Below, piece by piece: positions 1 to 10,850 of a stretch of DNA of 64,000 nt (positions within the stretch are counted from its first letter, which is position 1; each line of letters opens with the position of its first letter). The position numbers and the translations under genes are program-made. The notes below the pieces were generated by a model. It was given only the letters and a program-made list of their open reading frames with translations, had not been told where the DNA came from and made no database searches. Source of the stretch: an uncultured bacterium (GTDB lineage: Bacteria; Desulfobacterota_D; UBA1144; Nemesobacterales; UBA2774); assembly GCA_963825135.1 (NCBI GenBank), contig CAWGRW010000010.1, positions 32,001 to 96,000 of the forward strand, in the 5' to 3' direction.

Positions 1-4
1 GGCG

Positions 5-673
5 TTGTCGCTATTCGTCGGATGCGGCTCATCTTTAGAAGCGACGGGCCCTCCGCCCGTTCCCCGGCTCCCGCGTAATTTTCAGTGGGAAGGCCGATAT
101 ATTGTCAGCGATCTTGACATAGATGTTCCTTTTACCTGGCAAGGAAGTGACGGGAATATTCAGATGATCGCCGGGGGTGAGGAGCAGGAAATTTATTTTA
201 CCAATCTAATATTTGACGGCCGCCTCTATACCCTTACTTATAAGTGGCCGGGTGTAGAACCGCCCCCTGACGACCCTGACAAGCCCCCTCATTGCTCTTG
301 TCTCGGGCAATTCACCCTGGACGTTTTGAACGAATGTCTGGCAAAGTCGCGTTATGCAGGTGCGGAGATTTTAGAGGGAGCGGAACCCCGGTCCGTGCAT
401 CATTTCAGGGTTGGCGTCGTTTTGGAGCTGGAGCCTCCGCCGAATCCGTTACGGACCCCGATAATGATGGGCGATTTTTATGTCGATCAGGAAGATTCAA
501 CCAAGTTCTGGGAAGTGCTGCATTTCGGTTATCAGAACCTCTACGACCCGGCGCTGGATGAGTGGATCGTGATGGATAAGTTCGAAGATACTCAGGGAGT
601 GGTCACGCTTCCCGAAGAGTGTAAGACCGTCGAGTGCCCACCCGTTCCGCTTACCGCGGATAACTGCAGATGA
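5..673 (+). CDS. Putative lipoprotein, probably 5'-truncated by the window edge; Cys-containing beta-rich hypothetical protein
   Basis: Long ORF with lipobox-like FVGC near the start. Confidence 0.6.
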   Translation: MSLFVGCGSSLEATGPPPVPRLPRNFQWEGRYIVSDLDIDVPFTWQGSDGNIQMIAGGEEQEIYFTNLIFDGRLYTLTYKWPGVEPPPDDPDKPPHCSCLGQFTLDVLNECLAKSRYAGAEILEGAEPRSVHHFRVGVVLELEPPPNPLRTPIMMGDFYVDQEDSTKFWEVLHFGYQNLYDPALDEWIVMDKFEDTQGVVTLPEECKTVECPPVPLTADNCR

Positions 674-703
674 GATTCCGGCGTATCTCAGGGCCTCGAT
701 CTC

Positions 704-1873
704 TCATGCCCCTGATGCGAGACGCCTTCGCACAATAAATAGAAGCGGTATAGAGGCGAGCTGCGCGAGGACGGAGAATACGACCATTGCCGCGACGCTC
801 CTTCCGTAGAGAACCCCCATCAGCGAGCTTCCGATGAACCACGCGAACCCGAACCCGGCGTTGAAAACACCGTAAGCGGTCGCGCGCCTGTCGGGAGAGG
901 TCATGTCCGATACGACGGCGCGGACGACAGATTCGAGCGCGCCCATCCCTATGCCCCAGAGCGCCATGCCCGCGATCAGCAGGCCCACCCCCGAGAGGTA
1001 AACGAGCGGGGCCGAGAGGGCCGTGACGCATACGGCGAGTAGGAGCACGCTCATTCCTTTTCTGTCGTAGAGGCGCCCGAGTGCGAGCGCGCTCAGGGCG
1101 TCCACCCCCATCGCGCCCGCGTAGAGGAGCGGTATCCACTTATCGGCCAGTATCCCGGCCGTCTTTATGTGAAACGCCGCGAGCGGAAAGTCGGCGAACC
1201 CCAGGGCTATGAAAGCGGCCGATGCGAGGTAGAGCCAGAACACGGGGCGGAGCTTCCCCGCCTCGCCGGGCTTAAAAGCGGGCTCGAGGGCGCGGGGATC
1301 GGGATACGTGACCCTCGCCGCGGCGAGCACGGCGAGGGCGAGGACTGCGGGGATTATCAGGACCGCGAAGCCGTAATGATAGCTCCCCTTCCAGGCGAGC
1401 ACCGCGGCCACTATCATGGGGCCTATTATCGCCCCCACCTGGTCCATCGCCTCGTGCACGCCGAAAGCCCATCCCCGGCCCATGTCGTGCGCGGCGTGGG
1501 AGAGCATGGCGTCGCGGGCGGGGTTTCTGACCGCCTTTCCCAAACGCTCTGTCATCATGAGCACCGCGGCCGCGGGCCAGTTGCCGGTAAGGGCGAGGGC
1601 GGGGACGGCGACGAGGCTGATCACGTATCCGGCGATCGTAATCGTCCAGTACCTGTGGGTGCGGTCGCTCACGAGGCCCGAGACTATCCTGAGCCCGTAG
1701 CCTATGAACTCGCCCAGCCCCGAGACCACCCCGACCACGGCTGCGCTCGCGCCCAGGAGGGCAAGATAGGGCCCCGCAATGCTCCGGGCCGCCTCGTACG
1801 TCATGTCTCCGAACAGGCTGACCGCGCCCAAAAGCAGAACGAACCTGAGAGCCGTGTTTTTTTTACGTGTCAT
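704..1873 (-). CDS. MFS transporter
   Basis: 389 aa with ~12 hydrophobic segments and MFS motifs GLVSDRTHR / GRLYDRKG. Confidence 0.9.
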   Translation of the reverse strand: MTRKKNTALRFVLLLGAVSLFGDMTYEAARSIAGPYLALLGASAAVVGVVSGLGEFIGYGLRIVSGLVSDRTHRYWTITIAGYVISLVAVPALALTGNWPAAAVLMMTERLGKAVRNPARDAMLSHAAHDMGRGWAFGVHEAMDQVGAIIGPMIVAAVLAWKGSYHYGFAVLIIPAVLALAVLAAARVTYPDPRALEPAFKPGEAGKLRPVFWLYLASAAFIALGFADFPLAAFHIKTAGILADKWIPLLYAGAMGVDALSALALGRLYDRKGMSVLLLAVCVTALSAPLVYLSGVGLLIAGMALWGIGMGALESVVRAVVSDMTSPDRRATAYGVFNAGFGFAWFIGSSLMGVLYGRSVAAMVVFSVLAQLASIPLLFIVRRRLASGA

Positions 1874-2027
1874 GGGAAAGTACGCCCGGGATAACGGATG
1901 ATGGAAAGTATATATGGAACCGGACGCGAATTACGAGCGGGAGCGGGAGGACGGCGACGGGGTAGTATCGCCGCTCAGGTATAACCGGGGCACGCCGCGC
2001 ACGGGCGCGCGGGATATTGTGAAGCGT

Positions 2028-2327
2028 TCAGCCCTTGCTCTTTTTGGAGGGTTTTTCTTTTTCGGGAGCTTCCGTTTCCTTTTTCCCGTCATCGACGCTA
2101 TCGACGATCATGCCGCTCTGGAGCACGTAAACGAGGCGGTTTATTATCTGGTGGACGTTCCTGTACCTGTCCTCGAGCTGACACTGGGCGAGCTCGAGCC
2201 AGTCGACGAGGATGCGGGTCATGGGGATGTTCTGCTGTTTGGACCTCGTCCTCAATAGGTGCTCGAGGTCGTCGATGCCCATGCCCAAGAGCTCGAATTC
2301 CTTTTCCCTGTCGGTGAGTTCAGCCAT
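2028..2327 (-). CDS. Hypothetical protein
   Basis: 99-aa ORF with AAGGAG RBS upstream. Confidence 0.6.
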   Translation of the reverse strand: MAELTDREKEFELLGMGIDDLEHLLRTRSKQQNIPMTRILVDWLELAQCQLEDRYRNVHQIINRLVYVLQSGMIVDSVDDGKKETEAPEKEKPSKKSKG

Positions 2328-2457
2328 ATTAAGTCTCCTTTCTCAGTTTGTGTGTGTATGCCCGGGGGCCCGGTAACCCCCGCGCCCGGTTTATATTACA
2401 TAACTAACGGCCTATTAACAATTGCCCGGTTGTGCGTCTCCGAATATACTATAGTCT

Positions 2458-2871
2458 ATGAAAAGAGCCGTTATCTCAGCCGCGTTAATGCTCATGACCC
2501 TCTCCGCCGGGCTCGCGCGCGGGGAGGAATACCTTCCCGACTCCATGAAGACCCACCCGGAATGGTACATACATATAAGCGACTGGTCCGTTTACGCAAC
2601 CTGGGGAGGGGTCGCCATAATCCAGGGCCTGACGATAGAGAACACGTCCGACCTCACGTACAGGGACGTGAAGGTGAGGGTTACGTACTCTTCGAGCGCG
2701 GCCGGGGGGGCCGGGGGCGTCGTCAATCAGGAAGCGGGCGTGCTCCCGATCACGCTCCCGCCGCATAGCACGGACACGTACCTGAGAGCGGGCTACCCGT
2801 TCGGCGCGGGCTCGCAGTTCATGAACCCTCTCGACATACAGGTACTGGGCGCGACCCCGGCGTCCGAGTGA
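2458..2871 (+). CDS. Secreted hypothetical protein (Ig-like/FxLYD-like)
   Basis: Signal peptide; TIENTSDLTYRDVKVRVTY motif. Confidence 0.65.
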   Translation: MKRAVISAALMLMTLSAGLARGEEYLPDSMKTHPEWYIHISDWSVYATWGGVAIIQGLTIENTSDLTYRDVKVRVTYSSSAAGGAGGVVNQEAGVLPITLPPHSTDTYLRAGYPFGAGSQFMNPLDIQVLGATPASE

Positions 2872-3484
2872 ATGCCCGGAAAGGTTCACACCCTGAGGGG
2901 GAAGAAATACATCCGGGACAAAAAATTTTCTTCCCGTCACAAAATTGAAGTCCGGCTTTAATCCTCTTCGATATCCGAACGCCGCTCCCGCCGCACGTAC
3001 CTCATAAATCTTCACAACCGTCTGTATTCAATGACGATATCGTACCGCTTGATGCGCCGTAGAGCATAGGCTGCATCGACGCGGCCGGGCTCCCCGGGGC
3101 ATCAGCGGATGCCTGATCAAGTCTCTGTGAATAAAATGTGGATAAAAAAGATGCAAAATAATTCAAACTTTGCTATAATGATAGATAACCGGTTGTTACA
3201 ACCTGAGCCCCGTCAACTGAAGACTAGGGTCCTCTTGGCAGGGGTCCGAAATCTTCCGGGGCTCATGGAATAATACCAATTTTACTCATACGAAAGTTTT
3301 TGTTTTTTGATTTAAATTCGAAGGCAAAGGTGTAGAGGTATTTCGGATCAGTGGATACCGGCGGAGTTTTATTTTTATGCGGGTCCGCGGATTGTTACGT
3401 CTGCACTACCGGAAGGCGGTCTGACAATCCGCAGGAACGCGAACCTCAAAACACGCCGCGCGCAGGTCTTTAAAACCCGGTTGA

Positions 3485-4225
3485 CTACCTGGACATCCCG
3501 CCGAGCTCTTTTTCCGCTTCGTTCGCGGCGACCCCGGAAGATTTCGTGATGCCGAGTATCGCGCCCGATATAGTTCCCGATTGAAAATAGTTGTTCACGT
3601 CTATCATGGCCGCGCCCAGGGTATAGGGGTTATCGCCCTGCGTGCCGTATTTCATCCTCTGGCGGATCAGCACGAGCCTCTCGAGCCTGAGCGAATCCAT
3701 CTTGGATATCAGGGCCGGGAGCGCGTCCTGGTAGAAATCGTCCTTGTCGACGGTCGTTTCGGGACCGGTGAGACCGCCGGATATGGCGAGCAGTATGTCC
3801 TTCGCCCTCTTGGCCGGGTTTATTGCGTCGGCCGCGTCGAGACCGAGGACCGCAATGTCGGTCACGATGTTCGTGTTGGTCTTTGCGCCCCGCATCTCGT
3901 TCCTGAACTGGTTGTAGTAGTAATCGATCACGTATATGCGCCCGTTTATGACCTCGTCCCTGTACACCCTCTGGCGGTCGGGCTCCGCGCTGAGTGAGTT
4001 GTAGGTGTCTATCACGCCCGCGACGTAGTACTTCTTCTCCATCTCCAGCACCTCGCCGTTTATGACCTCGGGCCGGCTCTCGCTGTCAACGCCGGTCGCG
4101 GCGACGTTGGTGCGGACGGTCCCCGTCCCCGCCCCCGCGCACGCGGAGAGCACGAGCGCGCATGCGACGAGCGCCCGCAAAGGGATGCGATTGTAAGACT
4201 TTACAGATGTTAATAGCCCTGACAT
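3485..4225 (-). CDS. Lipoprotein, hypothetical
   Basis: Lipobox LSAC; AAAGGAG RBS. Confidence 0.7.
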   Translation of the reverse strand: MSGLLTSVKSYNRIPLRALVACALVLSACAGAGTGTVRTNVAATGVDSESRPEVINGEVLEMEKKYYVAGVIDTYNSLSAEPDRQRVYRDEVINGRIYVIDYYYNQFRNEMRGAKTNTNIVTDIAVLGLDAADAINPAKRAKDILLAISGGLTGPETTVDKDDFYQDALPALISKMDSLRLERLVLIRQRMKYGTQGDNPYTLGAAMIDVNNYFQSGTISGAILGITKSSGVAANEAEKELGGMSR

Positions 4226-4536
4226 GGGTATGATTCTCCTTTCTGAGGCAATATTATACCGCTTTCCGATGAGCGCTTCAGCAGGAATTTTTCAGCCGTA
4301 CGGAGGCGGGCTGCGCCCGCTCCGGGCCCACACACAGCCGGGGCGGCGGGGGCGAACATTGACATTATTGACACCGGAGTCAAATGGCTATAGGTATTAA
4401 TCAAAATAAACAGCTTCCCGGATTCGGCGGACATCGGGGCATAACCATTTCGGACTTGTCTTGTCAGCGATCATCTTAATGGTTGTGGTCCCGTTACCGG
4501 CCGCTGCGTACGGGAGGCCTCGAGCGGGACGGAGTG

Positions 4537-5691
4537 ATGATACCGAATCGAAATATGACAATACGCCTCATCCCGGGATGTTTTATACTCGTAATCCTGG
4601 TCCTTGCGTCGCTCCGGGCGCTGCCTGCGCACTCCGCTGAGCCAGCCCCGCCCGTCGGGCAAATTCCGGCGGTCATTCACGTCGGGGTGATTCCCCTCGA
4701 GCCCTTCGTCATTGAAAATAACGGCAAACTGAAGGGTATCTCCATAGAGCTTTGGGAGGAGATCGCCAAGACCCGGGGATGGAAGTATGAATATACCCTC
4801 CTGCCCGCAACGGGTTATCTGGATTTCGTGCCCGAGCTCGAGGGAAATAAGTTCGACGTCGTGATCGGGCCGGTCGTGGTCACGTACCAGCGTTTGAGCG
4901 ATGTTTCATTTACTATTCCGTACTATATATCCACCTCGAACGTGATCACGAGGAACGAACCGACTTCATTCCCCTTATTATTCATTCATTTAATCGAAAG
5001 CTCCTTCAAACGTCCGCTCATTATTTTATTTTTGACGATTTTCATCTGCAGTTTCCTGATCTGGCATAAAGAACGGCACAATTTCCCGGAGGCCTTTCCT
5101 CAGACTTTACACAAGGGGATACGGTATTCGATCTGGTACGGCTTTCATACCATGTTCTCTAACGATATATTCTTCGAGATCCAGGACACATACGCGCGCA
5201 TCCTCACGATCATCATGCTGGTATGCAGCCTCGCCACCGGTTCGATCCTGGCGGCGACGCTCACGAGCGCCCTTACACTGTCCCACACGGGACGGAAATC
5301 CGATATAGACGAGCTCGAGGATTTGAAAGGCCAGACAGTCGCGATAATAGGCGGTTCGGACGTGGAGGACTATCTTCAGAACCTCGATTTCAGCGTCGTC
5401 GATAAGAAATCGCTCGAAGAAGCGCTCGAAGCCCTGAATAATGAGGATGTCGTCGCCGTCATCGCCGATAGATTGACGGTAAAGAGTTATTTGCGGCATA
5501 ACAATATGAGCGACGTACACGTTTCCGACATGGTAATCAGGAGTAATATTCTCTCCTACGCACTGCAGAAAGGCTCCCCGCTGCGCGACCTTATGAACAA
5601 ATCAATCGTCGATCTGGAAAATTCGAACTGGATATACAGGATGTGCCTCAACTATCTCGACAGGCGCGACGCCGCATTCTGCACGTTATAG
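4537..5691 (+). CDS. Substrate-binding domain / ion-channel fusion (GluR0-like ligand-gated channel architecture)
   Basis: PBP3 S1 half (PFVI..GISIELWEEIA, FTIPYY), TM-pore-TM segment (LIWHKER...ARILTIIML), then S2 half. Confidence 0.8.
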   Translation: MIPNRNMTIRLIPGCFILVILVLASLRALPAHSAEPAPPVGQIPAVIHVGVIPLEPFVIENNGKLKGISIELWEEIAKTRGWKYEYTLLPATGYLDFVPELEGNKFDVVIGPVVVTYQRLSDVSFTIPYYISTSNVITRNEPTSFPLLFIHLIESSFKRPLIILFLTIFICSFLIWHKERHNFPEAFPQTLHKGIRYSIWYGFHTMFSNDIFFEIQDTYARILTIIMLVCSLATGSILAATLTSALTLSHTGRKSDIDELEDLKGQTVAIIGGSDVEDYLQNLDFSVVDKKSLEEALEALNNEDVVAVIADRLTVKSYLRHNNMSDVHVSDMVIRSNILSYALQKGSPLRDLMNKSIVDLENSNWIYRMCLNYLDRRDAAFCTL

Positions 5692-5867
5692 GACAATTCC
5701 CTCTCCGGAGAATTATTTCCCGCCCCCTCTTCCCTTTTATGAAGGTTTTGTATTATAATAGGATTGGGTCATCAGCATTTTTGTTCGCATCACGTTTGCG
5801 GGCCGTCTCCGGCTGATATGGGTCTTGCCGGGCGGTATGAAAAAATCCTCAGCTGGTCGGAAGAAAA

Positions 5868-6557
5868 ATGGTAAATCAGTGGGGCACAATCGGAATACCT
5901 TCCGAAAACCGTTTCCTGGGGCTCTACTACGAGCCCGAGAGCGAGCAGTTCCTTGCGCATTTCCAGAAGCACCTCGGCGACGGATACGAAATAAAGAGCA
6001 TATACGCCAGGCACATGAAGGACGATACCTACAGGAGGCTTACTCCGGAGACGGAGGAGTTTTCCTACGAGGACGTCATACTGTGTCCGCGCGTATCCAA
6101 GATATTCGTTAACGTATTCCGGGTGCTCAGAAAGGGCGGCAAGTGCCTGGGCTCCGAATGGCATTCGGTCCAGGAGATAGACACGGACACCGGGGAAATT
6201 ACAACGGTGCTCACCCCGCACGACCTCCCGGTCGAGCCTCAATACTCTAAGGCATGGATAAGCAGGCTCCGGAACGTGAAGAGCGAGGGCCGTAAGCACG
6301 GCGGAGAGTTTCAGACAGACGAGGAAGAGTTCGCAGGCGAGCCCCGCGCCCACGCGGTTTACGGGACGGGCGGAAAGGAAATCCTCTGCACCGTGTCGTT
6401 CAGGAAGAAGAAGAGCGGCCGCGACGAGCCGGTCGAGGACTACCTCTGCAAGGTATCCCCGGATACGGGCGGGTACAGGAAGATAACGAGGATAATCAAC
6501 GCCGCGAAGGATATGCCCGCGCACGTAAAAACGGCGGGCGGGAACCTGGCCGTCTGA
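5868..6557 (+). CDS. Hypothetical protein
   Basis: 229-aa ORF with host-like GC3 bias. Confidence 0.6.
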   Translation: MVNQWGTIGIPSENRFLGLYYEPESEQFLAHFQKHLGDGYEIKSIYARHMKDDTYRRLTPETEEFSYEDVILCPRVSKIFVNVFRVLRKGGKCLGSEWHSVQEIDTDTGEITTVLTPHDLPVEPQYSKAWISRLRNVKSEGRKHGGEFQTDEEEFAGEPRAHAVYGTGGKEILCTVSFRKKKSGRDEPVEDYLCKVSPDTGGYRKITRIINAAKDMPAHVKTAGGNLAV

Positions 6558-6632
6558 GCGCGGAGAACCGACCCGGCTTCACTCAACCCCGATAGTTACC
6601 GGATTACGGATAAATACACCACTCGCAGGCTT

Positions 6633-7352
6633 TCAATTCCGGGAAAGGAGCGACGAGAACTCCTCCCGCGTGCCGCTATAGACGTTCAGGTCTACGAAGC
6701 CGCCTACCCCCCAGAGCCTCCCCCTGTTCGTGTACTGCCAGAAGCTCCAGGCCCTGCCGTCAGGAAGCCGGGGAGCCCCGTATATATCCCTTATCCAAAT
6801 CTGATAGCCGGGCAGCTCGCCCGAGAGAAAGTCGATGTAGGACTGCTTCGTAGTGTAGATGAGCGGGCGGCTCCCGTACCTGCGCTCGACGATTTCCGAG
6901 AACATCTTTATCTCACGCAGGAGCTCCTCCTTCCGGGGACGCGCGCTGCAGTTGCCCCCGTATTCGAGGTCGATCACCGCCGGCAGCTGCCCCTCGCCGG
7001 CGGGCACTGTCTCTATGTAGTTCTCCGCCTGCTCCTTCCCGGACTTGCAGAACGTGAAGAAGTGGTATGCGCCCCTCGCGAGACCGAGCTCCCCTGCCCT
7101 CTTCCAGTACTCGTCGAATTTGGTGTCCTTGTGGTCGCCCCCTTCGGTCGCCTTTATGAATATGAAATCGAGGTCCGCGCGCTCGAGTATGCCCCAGTCT
7201 ATATCCGTCTGGTGGTGGGAAATGTCTATCCCCCGGACGGGGTATTTCTCGTCGCTCGGGTAATTGAACCTGATGTAGCCCTCGTCGAAAAATACGAGCA
7301 GGACTGCGGCTGAGAGTAATACGAAACCCGATACGGCTATGGCGCGGTTCAT
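6633..7352 (-). CDS. GH25 lysozyme/muramidase with N-terminal anchor
   Basis: GIDISHHQ, IKATEG, GAYHFF, DLE, WQYT and VDLN motifs; start placed at MNRAIAV. Confidence 0.92.
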   Translation of the reverse strand: MNRAIAVSGFVLLSAAVLLVFFDEGYIRFNYPSDEKYPVRGIDISHHQTDIDWGILERADLDFIFIKATEGGDHKDTKFDEYWKRAGELGLARGAYHFFTFCKSGKEQAENYIETVPAGEGQLPAVIDLEYGGNCSARPRKEELLREIKMFSEIVERRYGSRPLIYTTKQSYIDFLSGELPGYQIWIRDIYGAPRLPDGRAWSFWQYTNRGRLWGVGGFVDLNVYSGTREEFSSLLSRN

Positions 7353-7450
7353 AATGCGGGCGCTTGCCCGGATAATATTATACCGCCCCGGGCCGGATAA
7401 TCCCATTTTAATTAAAGCGTTACGGCGTATTCCGCGCGGGGGGAATGTTC

Positions 7451-7499
7451 GGTATCTTGAGGCGGGTATGTCGAAGTACGTTCTTATCCGGCCAGCGCT
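7451..7499 (+). repeat. ~50-bp motif GTATCTT..ATGYYGAARTACGTTCTTATCCGG, copy 1 of 3 (others at ~9330 and ~11808)
   Basis: Direct visual alignment of the three copies. Confidence 0.75.
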
Positions 7500-7754
7500 G
7501 TTCACGGCCGGGTTCATGGACGAATGTCGGATACGAGATCCAGCGCGGGGGGAACGAGATGATGAGGGTGTGGGTTCAATTAATATTTAAAGAAATAAGA
7601 ATACTAATTTGGGAGGCATTTCAGACTGTGTTAGTATCTATAAATCATGAGACAGCAACATTTATCGGAAGTGAGAGATTCCGCATTTATACACTTCATG
7701 TAGTGTGGCTTAAACCGTGTAAATATATTAACACACAGATCGAGTTTGTAGAAT

Positions 7755-8678
7755 ATGAGTAATAATAACGATACCAATATTGAAGAAGACTTAGATAACA
7801 ATGAACTAATCACCAATCTATTGGAAAAACTTCCTCCCTATTCCACGATTGAGGTCGCTAATCCATTTTGGAGATATAGTTTAGCTGTTCTTGTATTACC
7901 CAATACCCCAGCTAAACAAATGATATTTCCAGAATCTATCACAATATATTGTCATTCTGAAGAGTGCAATAGGCCTTGCCCATTTGACTCCCAGAGCTCA
8001 AATCCATATATCAGTCCAACAAAATCAACTCAAGAATTTTTAGAATATATATGTCGGACATGCCGTAAAACATCCAAAATATTCAGTCTAAGATTCGAAT
8101 CAACATTTGACGTTGATGAGAAAATTATCCCATCTACGAAAGTAACTAAGTATATGAAAATAACAAAATTTGGAGAGTATCCGCCTTTTGACCCGCACAC
8201 TCCTACGAGATTAATAACAATGTTTGGCAAACACAGAGACTTATATCTTCGGGGCAGAAGAAGTGAAAGCCAGAGTTTAGGAATTGGAGCATTCGTTTAC
8301 TATAGGAGAGTTATAAAAGATCTAAAAAATGAGATAATTGATCTGATTATTAAAGCGGCAAATACATATCATGCTGACCCCATGCTGATAGCAGAATTAG
8401 AAAAAGCAAAGAAGGAAAGTGAATTCGCCAAATCAATGGAAATAATCAAACACGAATTTCCAGATGCATTAAAGATAGCGGGCGAGAACCCACTCACAGC
8501 ACTCAACACTGCTTTAAGTACCGGCATTCATAATAAATCAGACAAAGAATGTTTGGAGTTAGCACAAAGCGTAAGAACCATACTATGCAGCTTCGTTGAA
8601 AGATTTACCGAACTTTCAAAGAATAATGATAATTTAAAGAAAGCCTTGAAAAACATTGATAAGTTTAAGAATAAATGA
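7755..8678 (+). CDS. Low-GC hypothetical protein (Cys motifs, DUF4145/HEPN-like helical C-terminus)
   Basis: 307 aa, AT-rich; CxxxxC and CxxC motifs; LGIGAFVYYRRV, STGIH. Confidence 0.65.
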   Translation: MSNNNDTNIEEDLDNNELITNLLEKLPPYSTIEVANPFWRYSLAVLVLPNTPAKQMIFPESITIYCHSEECNRPCPFDSQSSNPYISPTKSTQEFLEYICRTCRKTSKIFSLRFESTFDVDEKIIPSTKVTKYMKITKFGEYPPFDPHTPTRLITMFGKHRDLYLRGRRSESQSLGIGAFVYYRRVIKDLKNEIIDLIIKAANTYHADPMLIAELEKAKKESEFAKSMEIIKHEFPDALKIAGENPLTALNTALSTGIHNKSDKECLELAQSVRTILCSFVERFTELSKNNDNLKKALKNIDKFKNK

Positions 8679-9150
8679 GAACGCATTGGACACCATAATT
8701 ATAGCAAAATATGCATCTATAGTAATAGTCAGCTTGTTGGCTCTATTCCTAGGATCGATGGCAACTGCCTGGAGACGAGCATGTGTTTATATCACAAAGG
8801 AGGTCTACCCATTCGACAAACTTAATGGAGAGAATATTGAAAAATTTACCCCTAGATATATATCACAAAGGAATTTATTTTCGGTTGCGTTATTAATTCT
8901 CTCTGGTCTAATGGCACTGATCTTTATAAATTGGATGATAGCTCTTGTGCTAATAGCTACAAACTACATACTCATGATATTATTTGCCTACCTCTTTCCA
9001 AACAAGCAATCTGAATACTACTTATCACGAGTAGAAGATGACTTCATCACTCGTAGGAACCTATATAAAAAATTTAACGACACTGAGAACGAGCAAGAAA
9101 TGCAGAAACGATTGGATTTACTCTATAAAGCATTCAGGCCAAACCAGTAA
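8656..9150 (+). CDS. Low-GC membrane protein (start uncertain)
   Basis: Three hydrophobic helices; lies in the AT-rich island. Confidence 0.6.
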   Translation: MISLRINENALDTIIIAKYASIVIVSLLALFLGSMATAWRRACVYITKEVYPFDKLNGENIEKFTPRYISQRNLFSVALLILSGLMALIFINWMIALVLIATNYILMILFAYLFPNKQSEYYLSRVEDDFITRRNLYKKFNDTENEQEMQKRLDLLYKAFRPNQ

Positions 9151-9362
9151 AATGAAACCGTAGCTCACTTTTTTTTGTCTTTCCACACCAGTCAGCTTGC
9201 GCACGCACCATACATCGTACCTCTTATGAAAGACACCGAATCCTTCGAGGCAGGTGACAAATAGATCGCGGGAATTCTCGCCTGATCTCAGGCGTATGCG
9301 GCTCTCCCGGCGTGTGCGCCGAAACTCCTGTATCTTACGGGGGGGTATGCCGAAATACGTTC

Positions 9363-9938
9363 TTATCCGGCCAGCGCTTTCTCGATACGGCGGTCAGGGA
9401 TGAGCCACATAGCGGCAACCAGGACGTACAGGGCACAGGCAATCCACGAATTCACAAAGGAAAGCGGTATTGCCAGAGCGTAGAGCACAAGAGATGCTTT
9501 TCCCTTGAAGTCCCGGCCGACCGCCGTCGCTAGAGTGGAATCCGTGCCCTGGTAGAATATGAGAGTGCGGGTGAGGATAACATAAGCGAACCCGGCTAAT
9601 AACAGGGCCATTCCATAAAGTGCAACCGGCCAGGTAGCGAAGTGGTTTTCACCCATCCATCCCGTAGCGAAAGGGATTAGCGACAACCAGAATAACAGGT
9701 TCATGTTAGCCCACAGAATACGGCCGTTAACCTGCCGGACCGCCTGTAACAGATGATGGTGATTGTTCCAGTATATCCCGATGTAAATAAAACTAAGCAC
9801 ATAACTCAGTAATTTCGGTATCAGCGGGCGGAGCGCACCCAAACCGGCCTCATGCGGTATCGTCAATTCCAACACCATGATGGTGATAATTATGGCAATG
9901 ACGCCATCGCTGAATGCTTCTAATCTTCCTTTAGTCAT
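9363..9938 (-). CDS. TMEM175-family (DUF1211) potassium channel
   Basis: RLEAFSDGVIAIIITIMVLE and YWNNHH signatures. Confidence 0.93.
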   Translation of the reverse strand: MTKGRLEAFSDGVIAIIITIMVLELTIPHEAGLGALRPLIPKLLSYVLSFIYIGIYWNNHHHLLQAVRQVNGRILWANMNLLFWLSLIPFATGWMGENHFATWPVALYGMALLLAGFAYVILTRTLIFYQGTDSTLATAVGRDFKGKASLVLYALAIPLSFVNSWIACALYVLVAAMWLIPDRRIEKALAG

Positions 9939-10197
9939 TTGCGATCTCTACATTTCCGATTCTGACGGGGGTACTTTTTCGCTTCACAATTGAGAGTCAA
10001 TAATTATAAATTTTTCACACAAGGTGAGCCTCGATTCGGGGATATTACTCATCAGCGTTATCCAGAGAGAGTATTCGGGGTCTCGCCGGAGAATGTGATT
10101 TGCGTGGGGTGACTCTTCGTGCAGACACCCCAGGCGCCTTCGCCGAGGGTGTCCGGCTAATTATCACGGACTGCCCAACCAGGTGATGCGAGAAGCG

Positions 10198-10704
10198 TTA
10201 GCGACTCTTGCGCGGGGCGCGTCTTTTGGGGTCTCCGTTAACGTCCGGAACTTCTTCGCCGAGGGCTGTGGCCAAATCGATTTGATGGTCCTGCTCCTGT
10301 ATCAGGATCTGGCGAATTTGTTCCGCCATCGCGTATTCTCCCAGCGTTTCACACTGCCGGATGCGGTCGCGGTAATTGCGAATGGTTTCGTTTTCATTCT
10401 CGAGATCGTAACGGAGCATGTCTTTCGGATTCTTCGATGTGCGTACAGGCTTGGGGGTGACCACAGGCATTTTGCCGAGATAATCGATCTGCCGCGAAAG
10501 GATCAGGGCATGATCGAGCTCCTGTTTGGCGTGGATTTCGAGCTGGGCGGCGATGTTCATGTATTGGGCGCCGCTTAGCACCTGGGAATAGACCACGTAG
10601 GCTATGATGGCTTGATATTCGCGGGAAAGGTCTTCATTCAACAGCTCCGCGAGGCGGTCGCGGGAAATTTCGTTTTTGTTCGCGGCGGATTTGTGTTTAG
10701 CCAT
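10198..10704 (-). CDS. Ferritin-like / bacterioferritin-family protein
   Basis: EDLSREYQAIIAY, ELDHA and EQDH di-iron motifs; GGAGG RBS. Confidence 0.88.
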   Translation of the reverse strand: MAKHKSAANKNEISRDRLAELLNEDLSREYQAIIAYVVYSQVLSGAQYMNIAAQLEIHAKQELDHALILSRQIDYLGKMPVVTPKPVRTSKNPKDMLRYDLENENETIRNYRDRIRQCETLGEYAMAEQIRQILIQEQDHQIDLATALGEEVPDVNGDPKRRAPRKSR

Positions 10705-10850
10705 TTGATTCCTCCCATAAATAAAATGACGGTTTAACAATCTCTAGCTGCACTACGGCTCCCATGTCAGACATGGCGCGATGGAGACCATCTTCTCCTA
10801 ATTATAGACGAATTTTATGTTGCTATTCTCGCACAAAAATGAGGTTTGTG

